DNA of 64,000 bases from Octopus sinensis (lineage: Eukaryota), in assembly GCF_006345805.1 (NCBI RefSeq), contig NC_043004.1, positions 94,426,001-94,490,000 of the forward strand, given 5' to 3'. A program made the translations under genes and the position numbers. The notes beneath the pieces were generated by a model. The model had not been told where the DNA came from, did not search any database, and saw only the letters and a program-made list of their open reading frames with translations. Below, piece by piece: positions 1 to 11,293 of this stretch (its first letter is position 1; each line of letters begins with the position of its first letter).

Positions 1-292
1 ATAACATGTTAGTTAAAGTTAATTTTCATTGTTTTATTTTCTGTTTATAATCATTAAACAATTTGTATTATTTTTTGTAATTTGTATTTGTACAAAGCAG
101 TCACCAATAAATATTTTTTGGTTTCAAATAGAAAGAAAGTTCATTCAATACTTTCTCCAAGTGTTTCTTTAATATAACAATATTTAGCAGTTATCCCGGA
201 AAATATTTATAGAAAACAATATCTGGTACTCGACTTGCGCGAATTTCGAATTGCGCATCCCCTAATTACTCACGCAAGTCGAGGAATCCCTG
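1..292. mobile_element. Right end of a pogo/Tigger-like (Tc1/mariner) MITE, cut by the window start
   Basis: Ends in ...CGCAAGTCGAGGAATCCCTG followed by TA (293-294). An internal inverted motif CTCGACTTGCG/CGCAAGTCGAG spans 229-283. The left TIR is not in the window. Confidence 0.5.
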
Positions 293-663
293 TATATATA
301 TATCTCTTATTATAAAAGGCAGATTTTATCTGCCTCCCTTTGTCTCTTATAGAAATCTACAATATAGGATTTCTTCAATTACAATTTACCTAGCATTTTT
401 AAGAGTAGAATGCATCGGGTCGTGCCAGGTCCAGTTTTTAAAATTTCAACCCCAATTAAGCAAAATTTAGAGAAAACTCACATTGTGGTGTGTATGTCAA
501 ATGCTTTTCTTAGTGTGGGCTAGAGCATACGCACACACACACACACAAAAAGGGAGCGATCTGATTCACTCACACTATCACTCTAATTTCTACGACTTTC
601 TCTTTGCAAGTTTGCAACGATTAAAGTGAAAACAGTGAATCCGACAGCGATAAAGAAAATGAA

Positions 664-1282
664 TTGGCACCTGAATGGAGTGAAAATTTAAAAACTGTTT
701 CTTTCGTTGATTTTTCTGAAGAAACTGGACCAAGCCACAGACTTTCCCAGAAGAGTAAAGCTTTAGACTATTTCTTTTTACTTTTTCGAATGAGCCTATT
801 TGAAATCATTACGGCGGAAACGAACTGTTACGCTAAACGTAAACAAAGCAAAAGAAAGGATGGTTTGTTATTTCCCACAACCTTAAATGAAATTAAGGCC
901 TATTTTGCCATAAATATTATTATGGGTATCAGAAAGTTACCCAGAATAACAAATTCTATCGTAAAATTTTGTTGTATACCTAACTGAATATTAGCTAATA
1001 ACCCATTTTCTATAGCGATGTTTGAACAAAATTTAAATAATTTTATATTTTGTTGAATTTACCTGTATCTACCTGCAATTACAGTCACTTTGTGACAAAA
1101 ATTATAGTATAGAATTGGTTGAGAACATTTCATTAAATTATCTTCCAAAATTCATGTTAATATATTGATAAATAAAAAAGTTATTGTTGTTTAATGAAAC
1201 CAGACTAAATTTATGATTATGTTAGAAATTAATTGAAACACATAAGGGGTGTATTTTGGTCAGAAATATAGTAACGAAAGGG
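664..1282 (+). pseudogene. piggyBac (PGBD4-like, DDE_Tnp_1_7) transposase remnant with right terminus
   Basis: ORF 664-987 reads LDYFFLLF..LFEIITAETNCYAK..TTLNEIKAYFAINIIMGIRKLP, matching the N-terminal part of piggyBac transposases. GTAACGAAAGGG|TTAA at 1271-1286 is a piggyBac-type end with TTAA target. Confidence 0.75.
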
Positions 1283-1394
1283 TTAAGAAAAACCAAAAAA
1301 TATTTTATTCTTTATAAATGTTGTGTTCAAAATAACATTTTCTTTTAAGAATGTGTATATAACAAAGTATGTGTATATAACTACGTGGCTTATA

Positions 1395-1791
1395 TCTTTA
1401 TATATAAAAGTGAAGTTGTGTGTCTGTCTCCTACGATTTAGATTCGTAACTACTCCCACATTTTGCGGTGCAGTTTCACCAAAAGCGGGTATCTTAAAGT
1501 CGTGAGTCATATCGAGCCCTTCTGGGTATTAGCGCGCGTCTACGATGAGTCTACGATTTAAAAAAAATTTACCATCATATTTTTCCATTTTAATGCATTT
1601 TTTTCGCTATTATATAAGGGAAGTAACTCTCTAAAAATATCTACGATGTGTCAACGATTTAAAAAAAAATTTACCTTAATTTTTTTCCATTTTTAATGCA
1701 TTTTTTTGCTATTTTTTGGCTATAACTCTCTAAAAATGCTTATATAGTTATTTCCCTTACAAACCCGAGCAACGCCGGGCGATACTGCTAG
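1395..1791 (+). mobile_element. Non-autonomous Helitron (~397 bp)
   Basis: A|TC 5' end, 3' hairpin CCCGAGCAACGCCGGG (1764-1779), CTAG|T 3' end and no TSD. A near-identical copy lies on the minus strand at 62905-63302. Confidence 0.85.
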
Positions 1792-1892
1792 TATATATAT
1801 ATATGTAAACTTAATTGGAAATGGGTACATGGTGTTCAATTAAATAATAATATAAATAATATATATATATTATAATGGAATAATTATTATGA

Positions 1893-3192
1893 AGTATTGT
1901 GCCACTCAGTAACAACTTTAGCTGTGTGAATTGGTGCATTATCATCCTGAAAGATTGTGTTTCCCTCCAGAAACAGTTCCACTGCTATAGGATGAATTTG
2001 ATCAGATAAAATGCTTAAATAGTCTTAACTAATAATTCTTTCATGAAGGAAAACCATTAGGCCAGCAGATATCCAAGATATACACTTGCGTCAGAAATTA
2101 ATTAGCACTTCTCAAATTTCTACATTAAATAGGTTAAATCAATTAACCTATGAGCTGTTCAAAATGTCTTATGCGATGAGAAAACTTAGTATGGTGTGAT
2201 TTCGGTCCTTGCGAGGTGCTACCTATATCTATTAAACAAAGGAAGATTTGTCTGCATCCGCACTCCAAGTTGTTGCACTGCTATGTCAACATCATAAGGC
2301 TGTAGACTCTCAAACTGCTCTGCAAACAAAGTTACGTCATCGTTCTGCGCAACAGTGAACTCGCAACAAAGCAATAGTTCGAGATATGGCCACTAGGTGA
2401 CAGCACATACCTTGAGTGAAGAGCAAATCAAGGGTGCTAATTAATTTCTGCCGGTAGTGTAGTTCCCCTCACCCAGATCATCACAGATTCTCCTCCATGT
2501 TTAACAGTTGGAAGAAGCAGTCTGGGTCAAATGCTTCTTTTGGCTCTCTCCACATGTGGTTGAGGATAGGGTAATGGATGACTCATCTGAGAAAACATTC
2601 TTCCAGGGACCAATTTTGTAGTTTTTACTCCATTCTAAACACTTTGCGATGTTTGTTTTTGAAAGTAGTGGTTTTCTGATTGCAGCCCTCCCATGAAATC
2701 TGGCTTTGTGCAGCTCCAGGCAAACAGTTTGTGTGGAAACTGGGTTCTCAAGGTGGTCATTAAGCTCTGCAGTAATTTTGAGAGCTGTACTTTTGTGATC
2801 CTTTCTAACAGTTTGCATAAGAGTCCGATGGTCCCTATCTGAAAGTTTTAGTTTTCTTCTGGAGTTTCGTTTTGATGAGGAGGTTTTTCCCTCTTTCTCA
2901 AAGGCTGTCGTTACTTTTGAGACAGTACTTCTTGATACACCAAACACTTCGACTGTTTTCATTATGCTAGCACCTGCTATACGAGCATCAACAATTTGAC
3001 CTCTTTGAAAGTCTGATATATCTGTAATTTTAATAGATTTTAATTAACTTTTTCTGATGATATCTGAAAAGAAACAGCAATTTTAGCAAAACATATTAAG
3101 CAACACTAACAATAAAATAAAAAAAAACATAAAAATAAACAAGCTTTTGATGGTTTTATGCTAGGTGTTTCCATTATTTTGTTCAATCCCTG
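1893..3192 (-). mobile_element. Decayed Tc1-like DNA transposon (copy 1), interrupted by a MITE
   Basis: ORF 2501-2962 encodes Tc1 HTH and FSDES motifs. The 5' TIR (GGTGTTTCCATTATTTTGTTCAATCCCTG) is at 3164-3192. It is homologous to 12310-13343. Confidence 0.9.
2083..2459. mobile_element. Tc1/mariner-type MITE nested in Tc1 copy 1
   Basis: TIRs CACTTGCGTCAGAAATTAATTAGCAC / GTGCTAATTAATTTCTGCCGGTAGTG are flanked by TA on both sides. The host Tc1 sequence resumes on either side, and copy 2 lacks this insert. Confidence 0.85.
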
Positions 3193-3801
3193 TGTGTGTA
3201 TATATATGATGGATTCTCTCGTGAATGACAAATAAAGGTTCAGTAAAATAAAGTGCTAATCATGTTCTGCGGACACGAAAGTGTCTGTTGAGGCCTGTTG
3301 GTGCCTTGCAAACCTTCTGGCTGATGGAACAAGTTGAGGACTCAGTTTGCTTGAGTGCTTGTGGATCATTTACTATGTGTTTTCTTGAGTGAATGGCAAG
3401 GCTGGCTTTGCTTCAAGCTACAAAACCACAATGACAAGTAAGGTTTCCATTTAGAGGAGCAGCATTTTACCCAGCATGCTTTCATGTAATACACACACAT
3501 ACACAGAGTAATAGGTTAGTATGATCCACAGATCCTTCTGTAGAAAAGTTAATAAGCGTCAAGTATGCATACTGCTAGTATAGATGACAAAAGTCGGACA
3601 GAATACAATATAAAAAGTTAATTAATCATTGTAAGTTACAAACTTTGTTATATATTGAAATGAATGGACAATGGGATAATTTGAAGGTAATAGGGCCTGA
3701 AGATTAGCTAAGCAGGTTCTTATGTGTTTTGCAAGTTATGTAACAAAAATTGTTTCAGCTATGAAACATTTGCAGTCTCTATTTACCTTTGCTATTCCCT
3801 A

Positions 3802-3836
<35 letters not shown>

Positions 3837-3899
3837 ATATATTATATATATAATATATATAAGTAATATAATATATATATATATATATTATTACTTATT

Positions 3900-4172
3900 A
3901 TGTTTAAATGATTTTTGATAAATTTATTCAAGGTTTTACCAGCATCCTCTCTGTTGCCGGAAATAAGGTGCATCTGTGCATTTGTAAAATCTTCGTTCAG
4001 CTCCATTTCTTCCCTCACTAAATATATAAAACCTCAAATATCCGCACTAAGGCACGGTTTTGAGACCCCATGGCAGTAACCTCAACCAGGATTTTTCTGT
4101 TGTGATTTTTGCTACCCAGGTATCGGTTGTAATTTGAATAATCCGTAACAAGATAATTCATTTATCCATTTC
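3900..4172 (+). mobile_element. AT-rich interspersed repeat embedded in (TA)n, possibly Penelope-like
   Basis: Homologous to the reverse complement of 9690-9940 and flanked by (TA)n. The family assignment is inference. Confidence 0.5.
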
Positions 4173-4177
4173 AATAA

Positions 4178-4204
<27 letters not shown>

Positions 4205-4211
<7 letters not shown>

Positions 4212-4437
4212 ATATGTTTGTGAGTCTGTGTTTGTCCTCCCAACATCGCTTGACAACCGATACTGGTGTGTATATGCCCCTGTAACTTAGCGGTTTGGCA
4301 AAAGAGACCGATAGTATAAGTACTAGGCATACAAAGAATAAGTCCTGGGGTTGATTTGTTCGACTAAAGGCAGTGCTCCAGCATGGCCACAGTCAAATAT
4401 CTGAAACAAGTAAAAGAGTAAAAGAGAGTAGAGAGTA
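4205..4437 (+). mobile_element. SINE family A, 3' half
   Basis: Matches the 3' half of the full-length copies (8783-9170, 46982-47398) and ends in the GTAAAAGA tail repeats. Confidence 0.8.
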
Positions 4438-4516
4438 TTTCGTTCTACCATTGGATTGCCTCACCTTATTCATTTGGAGCACCTTTGATTGTGAATATAC
4501 ATACGTACATATATAC

Positions 4517-4608
<92 letters not shown>

Positions 4609-4645
4609 ACGTATATATGTTTATATATATATATATATATACAAT

Positions 4646-5012
4646 CGAATTGAACCTCGAAATCGAATTGAACCAGCCAGGATCCCTGGTCTGGTGGTAC
4701 GTAAAAAGCACCATCCGACTCGTGGCCGATGCCAGCACCGCCTCGTCTGGTTTCCGTGCCGATGGCACATAAAATACACCAATCCGACCGTGGCCGTTGC
4801 CAGCCTCGCCTGGCACCTGTGCAGGTGGCACGTAAAAAGCACCAACTACACTCACGGAGTGGTTGGCGTTAGGAAGGGCATCCAGCTGTAGAAACACTGC
4901 CAGATAAGACTGGAGCCTGGTGCAGCCTTCTGGCTTCCCAGATCCCCGGTCGAACCGTCCAACCCATGCTAGCATAGAGAACGGACGTTAAACGATGATG
5001 ACGATGATGATG
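4646..5012 (+). mobile_element. Non-autonomous retroposon family C (RTE-like 3' tail)
   Basis: Internal ~50-bp repeats (GGCACGTAAAAAGCACC...) and 3' end CCAACCCATGCTAGCAT..GGACGTTAAAC(GAT)n. More than 10 copies occur in the window. Confidence 0.8.
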
Positions 5013-5157
5013 AATGACCTCGAACCCACAAGTGTGAACAAGAGAGACAGAGAAAGGCAGAAACAAGGAAAATGCCACTTATATTTGAACACTATACAAA
5101 TATTCCTTTAAAAAAACATTTCTTTTAATTTTTCTAAATTTAATTATTTAATCGTTA

Positions 5158-5195
5158 CAGTTGAAAAGGTCTCAAAATGACTGAAACCGGTACTG
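5158..5195 (+). ncRNA. Minimal type I hammerhead ribozyme motif, U3:A8 variant
   Basis: CAG-TTGAAAA-GGTC(TCAAAAT)GACT-GAAA-CCGG-TA-CTG: stems I, II and III all pair, and the predicted cleavage triplet is GUA. Confidence 0.6.
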
Positions 5196-5243
5196 AAATG
5201 TTCTTTATGAAATTATTTTAGCATTTTCTATTTTGACTTATTT

Positions 5244-5283
<40 letters not shown>

Positions 5284-5643
5284 AATTGCAATCCAGGGAT
5301 CCGAGTGTAGAAAGTTTGTAAGCTTCAAGCAGTAAGCAGCTTGTATATAGAGAAAAAAGTGGATAATATACTTTAAGTTATGATACCACTTTAAATTATA
5401 ATAACAGTTTATTAGCATTGAGAGTGACAGATTTTTGATATCAAAGTTGCAAAGACATTCAATAAAGTGATAGTTTCTATATAGGTCACAATTACCAATT
5501 AAAGGTGCTAAAAAAGTTGTGACATTGTAATCTCAGCCTAGTGATTAGCTATATTAAGCAGAGTTCATTGCCTAACAATTGCATCACGAGCTTCAGCTAG
5601 TTAAGGAACATATACACTTTACCTGTTCCAATTCCTCAATTTA

Positions 5644-5681
<38 letters not shown>

Positions 5682-6263
5682 TTAGTATTACTGATTTCTT
5701 GTGGCTGATGAAGGGTTATTGTTGATTTATTAGCTTATTGCTGATACTTAAGTTTATAAATCCTGAATGTGTGAAAGGCATTGTTAAATTTTGGATGATC
5801 TGAACTCACAACAGAAAAATAGCAAAAAACCAAATTAAGTAAGACATCCATTCATCATTGTACCATCTCAGCTATCTTCACTGCTCGTATTCTTTAGCCT
5901 ATAGACATTTTTCAATTATCACATGATTTACACAATTTATATATTCATATGCGAGCTAAAACGATATTAAAACATAATAGACAATAATTAGAATAAAAAA
6001 AAAGGATTGATTTATTTGTTAGAGAAAAGTGTCAACAATGTTATTTCAATTCTATAGAATTCGGAGCCAAAAAAGATAAACCACTCTTTTCGTTTTATCA
6101 CAGAAATTCTCACTCTTCTTGAGAAAATCTCAATGTTTTCTAAAACTCAGTGAAAAGATAAAACTGTTTTTCTATTACTTGTGTAAACACTAGAATTGAT
6201 TGGAAGAAACTGAATTCAATACAGATATGTTATTGTTACTATATATATATATATGTATGTATA

Positions 6264-6298
<35 letters not shown>

Positions 6299-6316
6299 CT
6301 GTATATATATATATAT

Positions 6317-6379
<63 letters not shown>

Positions 6380-6599
6380 CATGTATATGCATATATATAT
6401 GCGTGTATGTATGAATCTCTCTCTATATATATATTTATATGTATATATATATGTATATATATGTATACATATATCTATACATATATACATACATACACAC
6501 ATACATAAATATATAATATATATAAATATATAATATATATATATATATGTATGTATCTATATATAAATATATCTATATATATAATATATATATATATAC

Positions 6600-6667
<68 letters not shown>

Positions 6668-7010
6668 TATATATAATATATATAATATATATATATATAT
6701 ATAGATATATATATACATGGTGGAAGAAATAAACTGGCATACATCTCTAGTATTGGTTCATTGACTACATTTTGAATATCTGCTGATAAAGATCAATAGT
6801 TTATTAGAAATCTTTGCCCAACTCTGGAACCAACTTTCAATACAGATCTGTGTAATGATATAGTGACATGGGAGATTTGAAATAATTTATTAAAATCTTG
6901 AAATATTTATTCTGACAACAAATAACCAATGTTATTTCCCAAACAGAAGTGAGTCGAGTTGAGTGATTTTTTTTTTCTCTTTTTCTTTTTTTTTTTTCTA
7001 ATTTTTATTT

Positions 7011-7018
7011 TATTCATG

Positions 7019-7049
<31 letters not shown>

Positions 7050-7285
7050 CACTGCCGATTGTGATGACAATGATATTGATGATGATGATGATGTTGTCAC
7101 CACCACTGCTACGGCTACCACCACGACTACGATGACGACGACGACGACGACCACCACCACCACCACCAACACCAACACCACCACCACCACCACCACCACC
7201 ACCACCACTACCACCACCACTTCAACCACAAACACAATCAACAACAGCAACAACAACAGCAACAACAACAGCAGCAACAAAGTAG
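7011..7285. repeat. Compound trinucleotide microsatellite (GAT/GAC/CCA/CAA)
   Basis: Seen directly in the sequence; it explains ORFs 7014-7280 and 7132-7374. Confidence 0.95.
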
Positions 7286-7875
7286 TTTATGAGTTTAAGA
7301 AGGAAAAAAAAAGACCCCCCCCCCCCCCGAAAAACTTCACAATAAAAAAAAAAGTTAAGCTTCCTGTGTTCTGAGACTGCGACTCAAGTTTAGATTCCTT
7401 ATTAAGTGCTTCACTACGTTTGTGTTTAATATACTTGGATAAAGCTTAGACATCACACAAACTCATTCTTTTCTTTTTAGTCAATCCATGCTCTGGTCAA
7501 TTTAGTCTTTGCTGTTTATTGATAAAATAGTTTACTTAACTAATTGAGTTAAGATAGTTTTAACTTTTTGTATAGAACAACTTTGTAAAGGGCAGTGCTA
7601 CAGTCAATGTTGCATTGAAGACAAGAGGAAATGGAATCTTTCTGTTATTAACTCATGCTTCTCACACTGTAAGAATATTTGATTTGTTCTTTTACTAGCC
7701 ATACATAGTCTTCATGGGATACTCTTCAATACTATAGTCTATTATATTGGTGACAACGCATTGCCTAGTGTTTAGGATATTATATTCCTAATTGCAAGGT
7801 TGTGGTTTCAATTCTTGGACTGGGTGGTGTATTGTGTTCTTAAGCAAAACACTTCATTTCATGTTGCTCCAGTGT

Positions 7876-8298
7876 GGATCTTTTCCGTTTGAACGGCAGT
7901 TTTTAACATAATTTCTAGGTAACTAAAAAATTTTAAACTTCGTATACTGGTAGAATGTGTTTATAAATCATCTTTTTCTCTTGGCTTTATTGAGAAAATT
8001 CTATAGCTTGTAAGATATTTGTTGTTTTTTTTTCTTCAATTTCTGCAATTTCAACCAATCAATCACGTCCATTGAGGTAAAAAACATTCTGTGCTGTATG
8101 AATATGTCCCTCGTTTAAGAAACAGATTGGGTTTATTTACATTTGTGAAGAGAAAAATATACCCTTCCCCCCACCCCTAACCCTAACCCTAACCCTAAAA
8201 CAGATTGAAATACAATAGATCAATACTAGGGTCATAATTATGGGTGACAATTTCATATGATACCACTAGAAAAACTGCCGTTCAAACCGAAAAGATCC
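7876..8298. mobile_element. Merlin-like MITE (GG termini, 8-bp TSD) with internal (CCCTAA)4
   Basis: ~29-bp TIRs GGATCTTTTCCGTTTGAACGGCAGTTTTT / AAAAACTGCCGTTCAAACCGAAAAGATCC. Perfect TSD TCCAGTGT at 7868-7875 and 8299-8306. It is inserted into a decayed tRNA-SINE. Confidence 0.8.
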
Positions 8299-8515
8299 TC
8301 CAGTGTTACTCAGTTGTAAATAGGTAACTCACGGAGATGCATTGCTGGATTCATGACCGTAAGATTGTGGTTTTGATCCCTGGACCAGGTGATCCATTGC
8401 ACTCTTGAGCAAAACACTTCATTTCAATTTGCTCCAGTTCATTAAGCTGTAGACATGAATACCACTAGTAGCGGCACGTTGCTTAGTGGTTAGAGTGCTG
8501 GATTCATGACCATAT

Positions 8516-8776
8516 GCCCACAGGCATATGGCGTAGTGGTTAAGAGTGCGGGTTACTAACTCCAAGATTCCGAGTTCAATTCCAGGCAGTGACCTGAATA
8601 ATAATAATAATGATAATAATATCGAAAAATACCTTAGGAATGAGAACTTAGGTTTCGAAATTTCTCCAAGACACCTGATGAAGACTGGAGGGTATATCAG
8701 CCAAAACATTGTGTTAACAACAAACAAGATAAGGACAAATATCTGTCAAAGGAAATTAATGTAAATAATGTACATA
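8516..8776 (+). mobile_element. tRNA-headed element with a degenerate hammerhead ribozyme in its 3' part
   Basis: A box TGGCGTAGTGG (8529-8539), B box GAGTTCAATTCC (8572-8583), (AAT)n spacer, then GACAC-CTGATGA-A-GACTG..CAGCC-AAAAC-ATT-GTGTT (8670-8715). Confidence 0.6.
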
Positions 8777-8782
8777 GATTAG

Positions 8783-9170
8783 ACGCAGGAGTGGCTGTGT
8801 GGTAAGTAGCTTGCTAACCAACCACATGGTTCCAGGTTCAGTCCCACTGCATGGTATCTTGGGCAAGTGTCTTCTGCTATAACCCCGGGCCGACCAATGC
8901 CTTGTGAGTGGATTTGGTAGACGGAAACTGAAAGAAGCCCGTCGTATATATGTGTGTGTGTGTCTGTGTTTGTCCCCCTAGCATTGCTTGACAACCGATG
9001 CTGGTGTGTTTACGTCCCTGTCACTTAGCGGTTCGGCAAAAGAGACCGATAGAATAAGTACTGGGCTTACAAAGAATAAGTCCCGGGGTCGATTTGCTCG
9101 ACTAAAGGCGGTGCTCCAGCACGGCCACAGTCAAATGACTGAAACAAGTAAAAGAGAAAAAGAGAAAAGA
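8783..9170 (+). mobile_element. tRNA-derived SINE family A, full length
   Basis: A box TGGCTGTGTGG, B box GGTTCAGTCC, central (TA/TG)n tract and GTAAAAGA tail. About 20 copies occur in the window. Confidence 0.9.
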
Positions 9171-9608
9171 TTAAGGTTTTTGATCCCTGGACCAGGTGAT
9201 CCATTGTGTTGTTGACCAAAACACTTCATTTCATGTTACTCCAGTCCACTCAGCTGTAGAAATGAGTTTAGCTTGGAGAAAGATGGCCTCTACCAGGCTT
9301 TCTTGTTCAAGACAGGCTGCATGGCTGCAGCGTCCCAATGACCTCCAAGGGATTAAGGGACTCGTCAAACAGGTAATTCTGCAATGGATTGGGGTACTGT
9401 TGAAGGGTAATGTTGTGATCTCAGTCACTTGTGTGTCCTGCAAACTGAGTAACCATCCCTTTGAGTCCAAAGATTCAAGACAGTAATGTCCAGGACAACT
9501 TTATTATTATATTGACTAAAATATTTGGGTAGTATTTAATAAAATACTAAGTGATTCACACACACACAACACATACACACACACAACACACACACAACAC
9601 ATATATAT

Positions 9609-9662
<54 letters not shown>

Positions 9663-9689
9663 ATATATATATATATATATTATTTAAGT

Positions 9690-9933
9690 AGACAAATGAA
9701 TTATCTTATTACGGATAACTCGAAAGATAACCGATACCTAGGTAGCAAACTCACAACAGAAAAGGCACGGTTGAAGTTAACACCATAGGGCATAAAATCT
9801 GTGCCTTAGTGTGGAAATTTGAAGTTTTATATATTAAGTATAGGAAAGAATGGAGCTGAACGAAGATTTAACAAAATTCCTTTATTTAAAGGAATTTTGT
9901 AAAATCTTCGTTCAGCTCCATTCTTTCCTATAC

Positions 9934-9940
<7 letters not shown>
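9690..9940 (-). mobile_element. Second copy of the 3.9-kb repeat family, with a fold-back end (arms 9831-9883 / 9888-9940)
   Basis: 53-bp arms with one mismatch and loop ATTT; homologous to 3985-4170. Confidence 0.75.
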
Positions 9941-9978
<38 letters not shown>

Positions 9979-9979
<1 letters not shown>

Positions 9980-10286
9980 GAGGCACAATGGCCCAGCGGT
10001 TACGGCAGTAGACTCGCGGTTGTAGGATCGCGGTTTTGATTCCCAGACCAGGCGTTGTGAGTGTTTATTGAGCGAAAACACCTAAAGCTCCATGTGTGGC
10101 TCTGGTAGGGGGTGGTAGCGATCCCTGCTGTACTCTTTCGCCACAACTTTCTCTCACTCTTTCTTCTGTTGGGCTGCTCACTTAGCCAGCGGGGTGGCAT
10201 CATTTGAAGGCTAAAACAATGCGAAGCACATTGTAACCAGCGGTCTAGCAACATCTCATAGCTGGTCAGTCACGTGATAACGTGAT
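9979..10286 (+). mobile_element. tRNA-derived SINE family D, tail type 1
   Basis: Head GGAGGCACAATGGCCCAGCGG..GGTTTTGATTCCC. It shares its first ~190 bp with 17988-18374 and 54031-54413, then has a different 3' part. Confidence 0.85.
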
Positions 10287-10321
10287 ATATATATATATAT
10301 ATTATATATATATATATAATA

Positions 10322-10353
<32 letters not shown>

Positions 10354-10415
10354 TTATATATAATATATATATATATATATAATATATATATATATTATAT
10401 TATAATATATATATT

Positions 10416-10448
<33 letters not shown>

Positions 10449-10456
10449 TAATATAT

Positions 10457-10504
<48 letters not shown>

Positions 10505-10704
10505 ATCATCGTTTAACGTCTGTTTTCCATGCTAGCATGGGTTGGACGGTAATCTATATATATTATATAGATATAGATATAAATATGCAGGTATATATAT
10601 GCATATATAGATATATATATATTATATATATATATATATGCATGTATATGTATATATATATATATATAATATATAATATAATATATATATATATGCATAT
10701 ATAT

Positions 10705-10737
<33 letters not shown>

Positions 10738-11242
10738 AAGATAATCCAAACATGAAAACACACACACACACACACAACATATATATATATATATATATTA
10801 TATATATACATACACACACACACATATATATATACGGCACAAATAATTCACAAGAAAATATAGTTTACAAAAAAATAATTTGTGAAGATACCATTGACTT
10901 TGTTATTACCTAGTGTAACAATTTTAAAATTATAATAACAGAATCAATAATATAGGCGATTGCAGGCTCAAAAAAACATTAAATATCTGAAGGATTAAAA
11001 TTAATCAAAGGACAGACTAAGTATGTTTACCTGCTGGAAATAACAGTCAAAAGTCTTATTTATATCGCCAAAATACACAGATAATAACTACAGAAATCAA
11101 CTGTTTGAAGGCAAATGGGCTAAGACAATTTCCTAACATACATTTAAATATTTGGATACATGTGGACCGGTTTCTGCATTGACAAAAATAGCCTCAGCAT
11201 CCTCGGTTGTTTACAGTTGGTGATGTTCTGTACCCTTATATG

Positions 11243-11289
<47 letters not shown>

Positions 11290-11293
<4 letters not shown>

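Noticed and set aside
3054-3080. CTGATGA...GAAA inside Tc1 copy 1 as a hammerhead
   Set aside because: There is no stem II pairing and no stem III/UH site.
8783-8870. tRNA genes at SINE heads (all families)
   Set aside because: A/B boxes are present but there is no complete cloverleaf, and each continues into a SINE body.
11161-11210. Minus-strand CCGAGGA-TGC..GCA-GAAACCGGTC hammerhead candidate
   Set aside because: The 3' half looks right but stem I flanks do not pair and stem II is only 3 bp; at best a decayed remnant.
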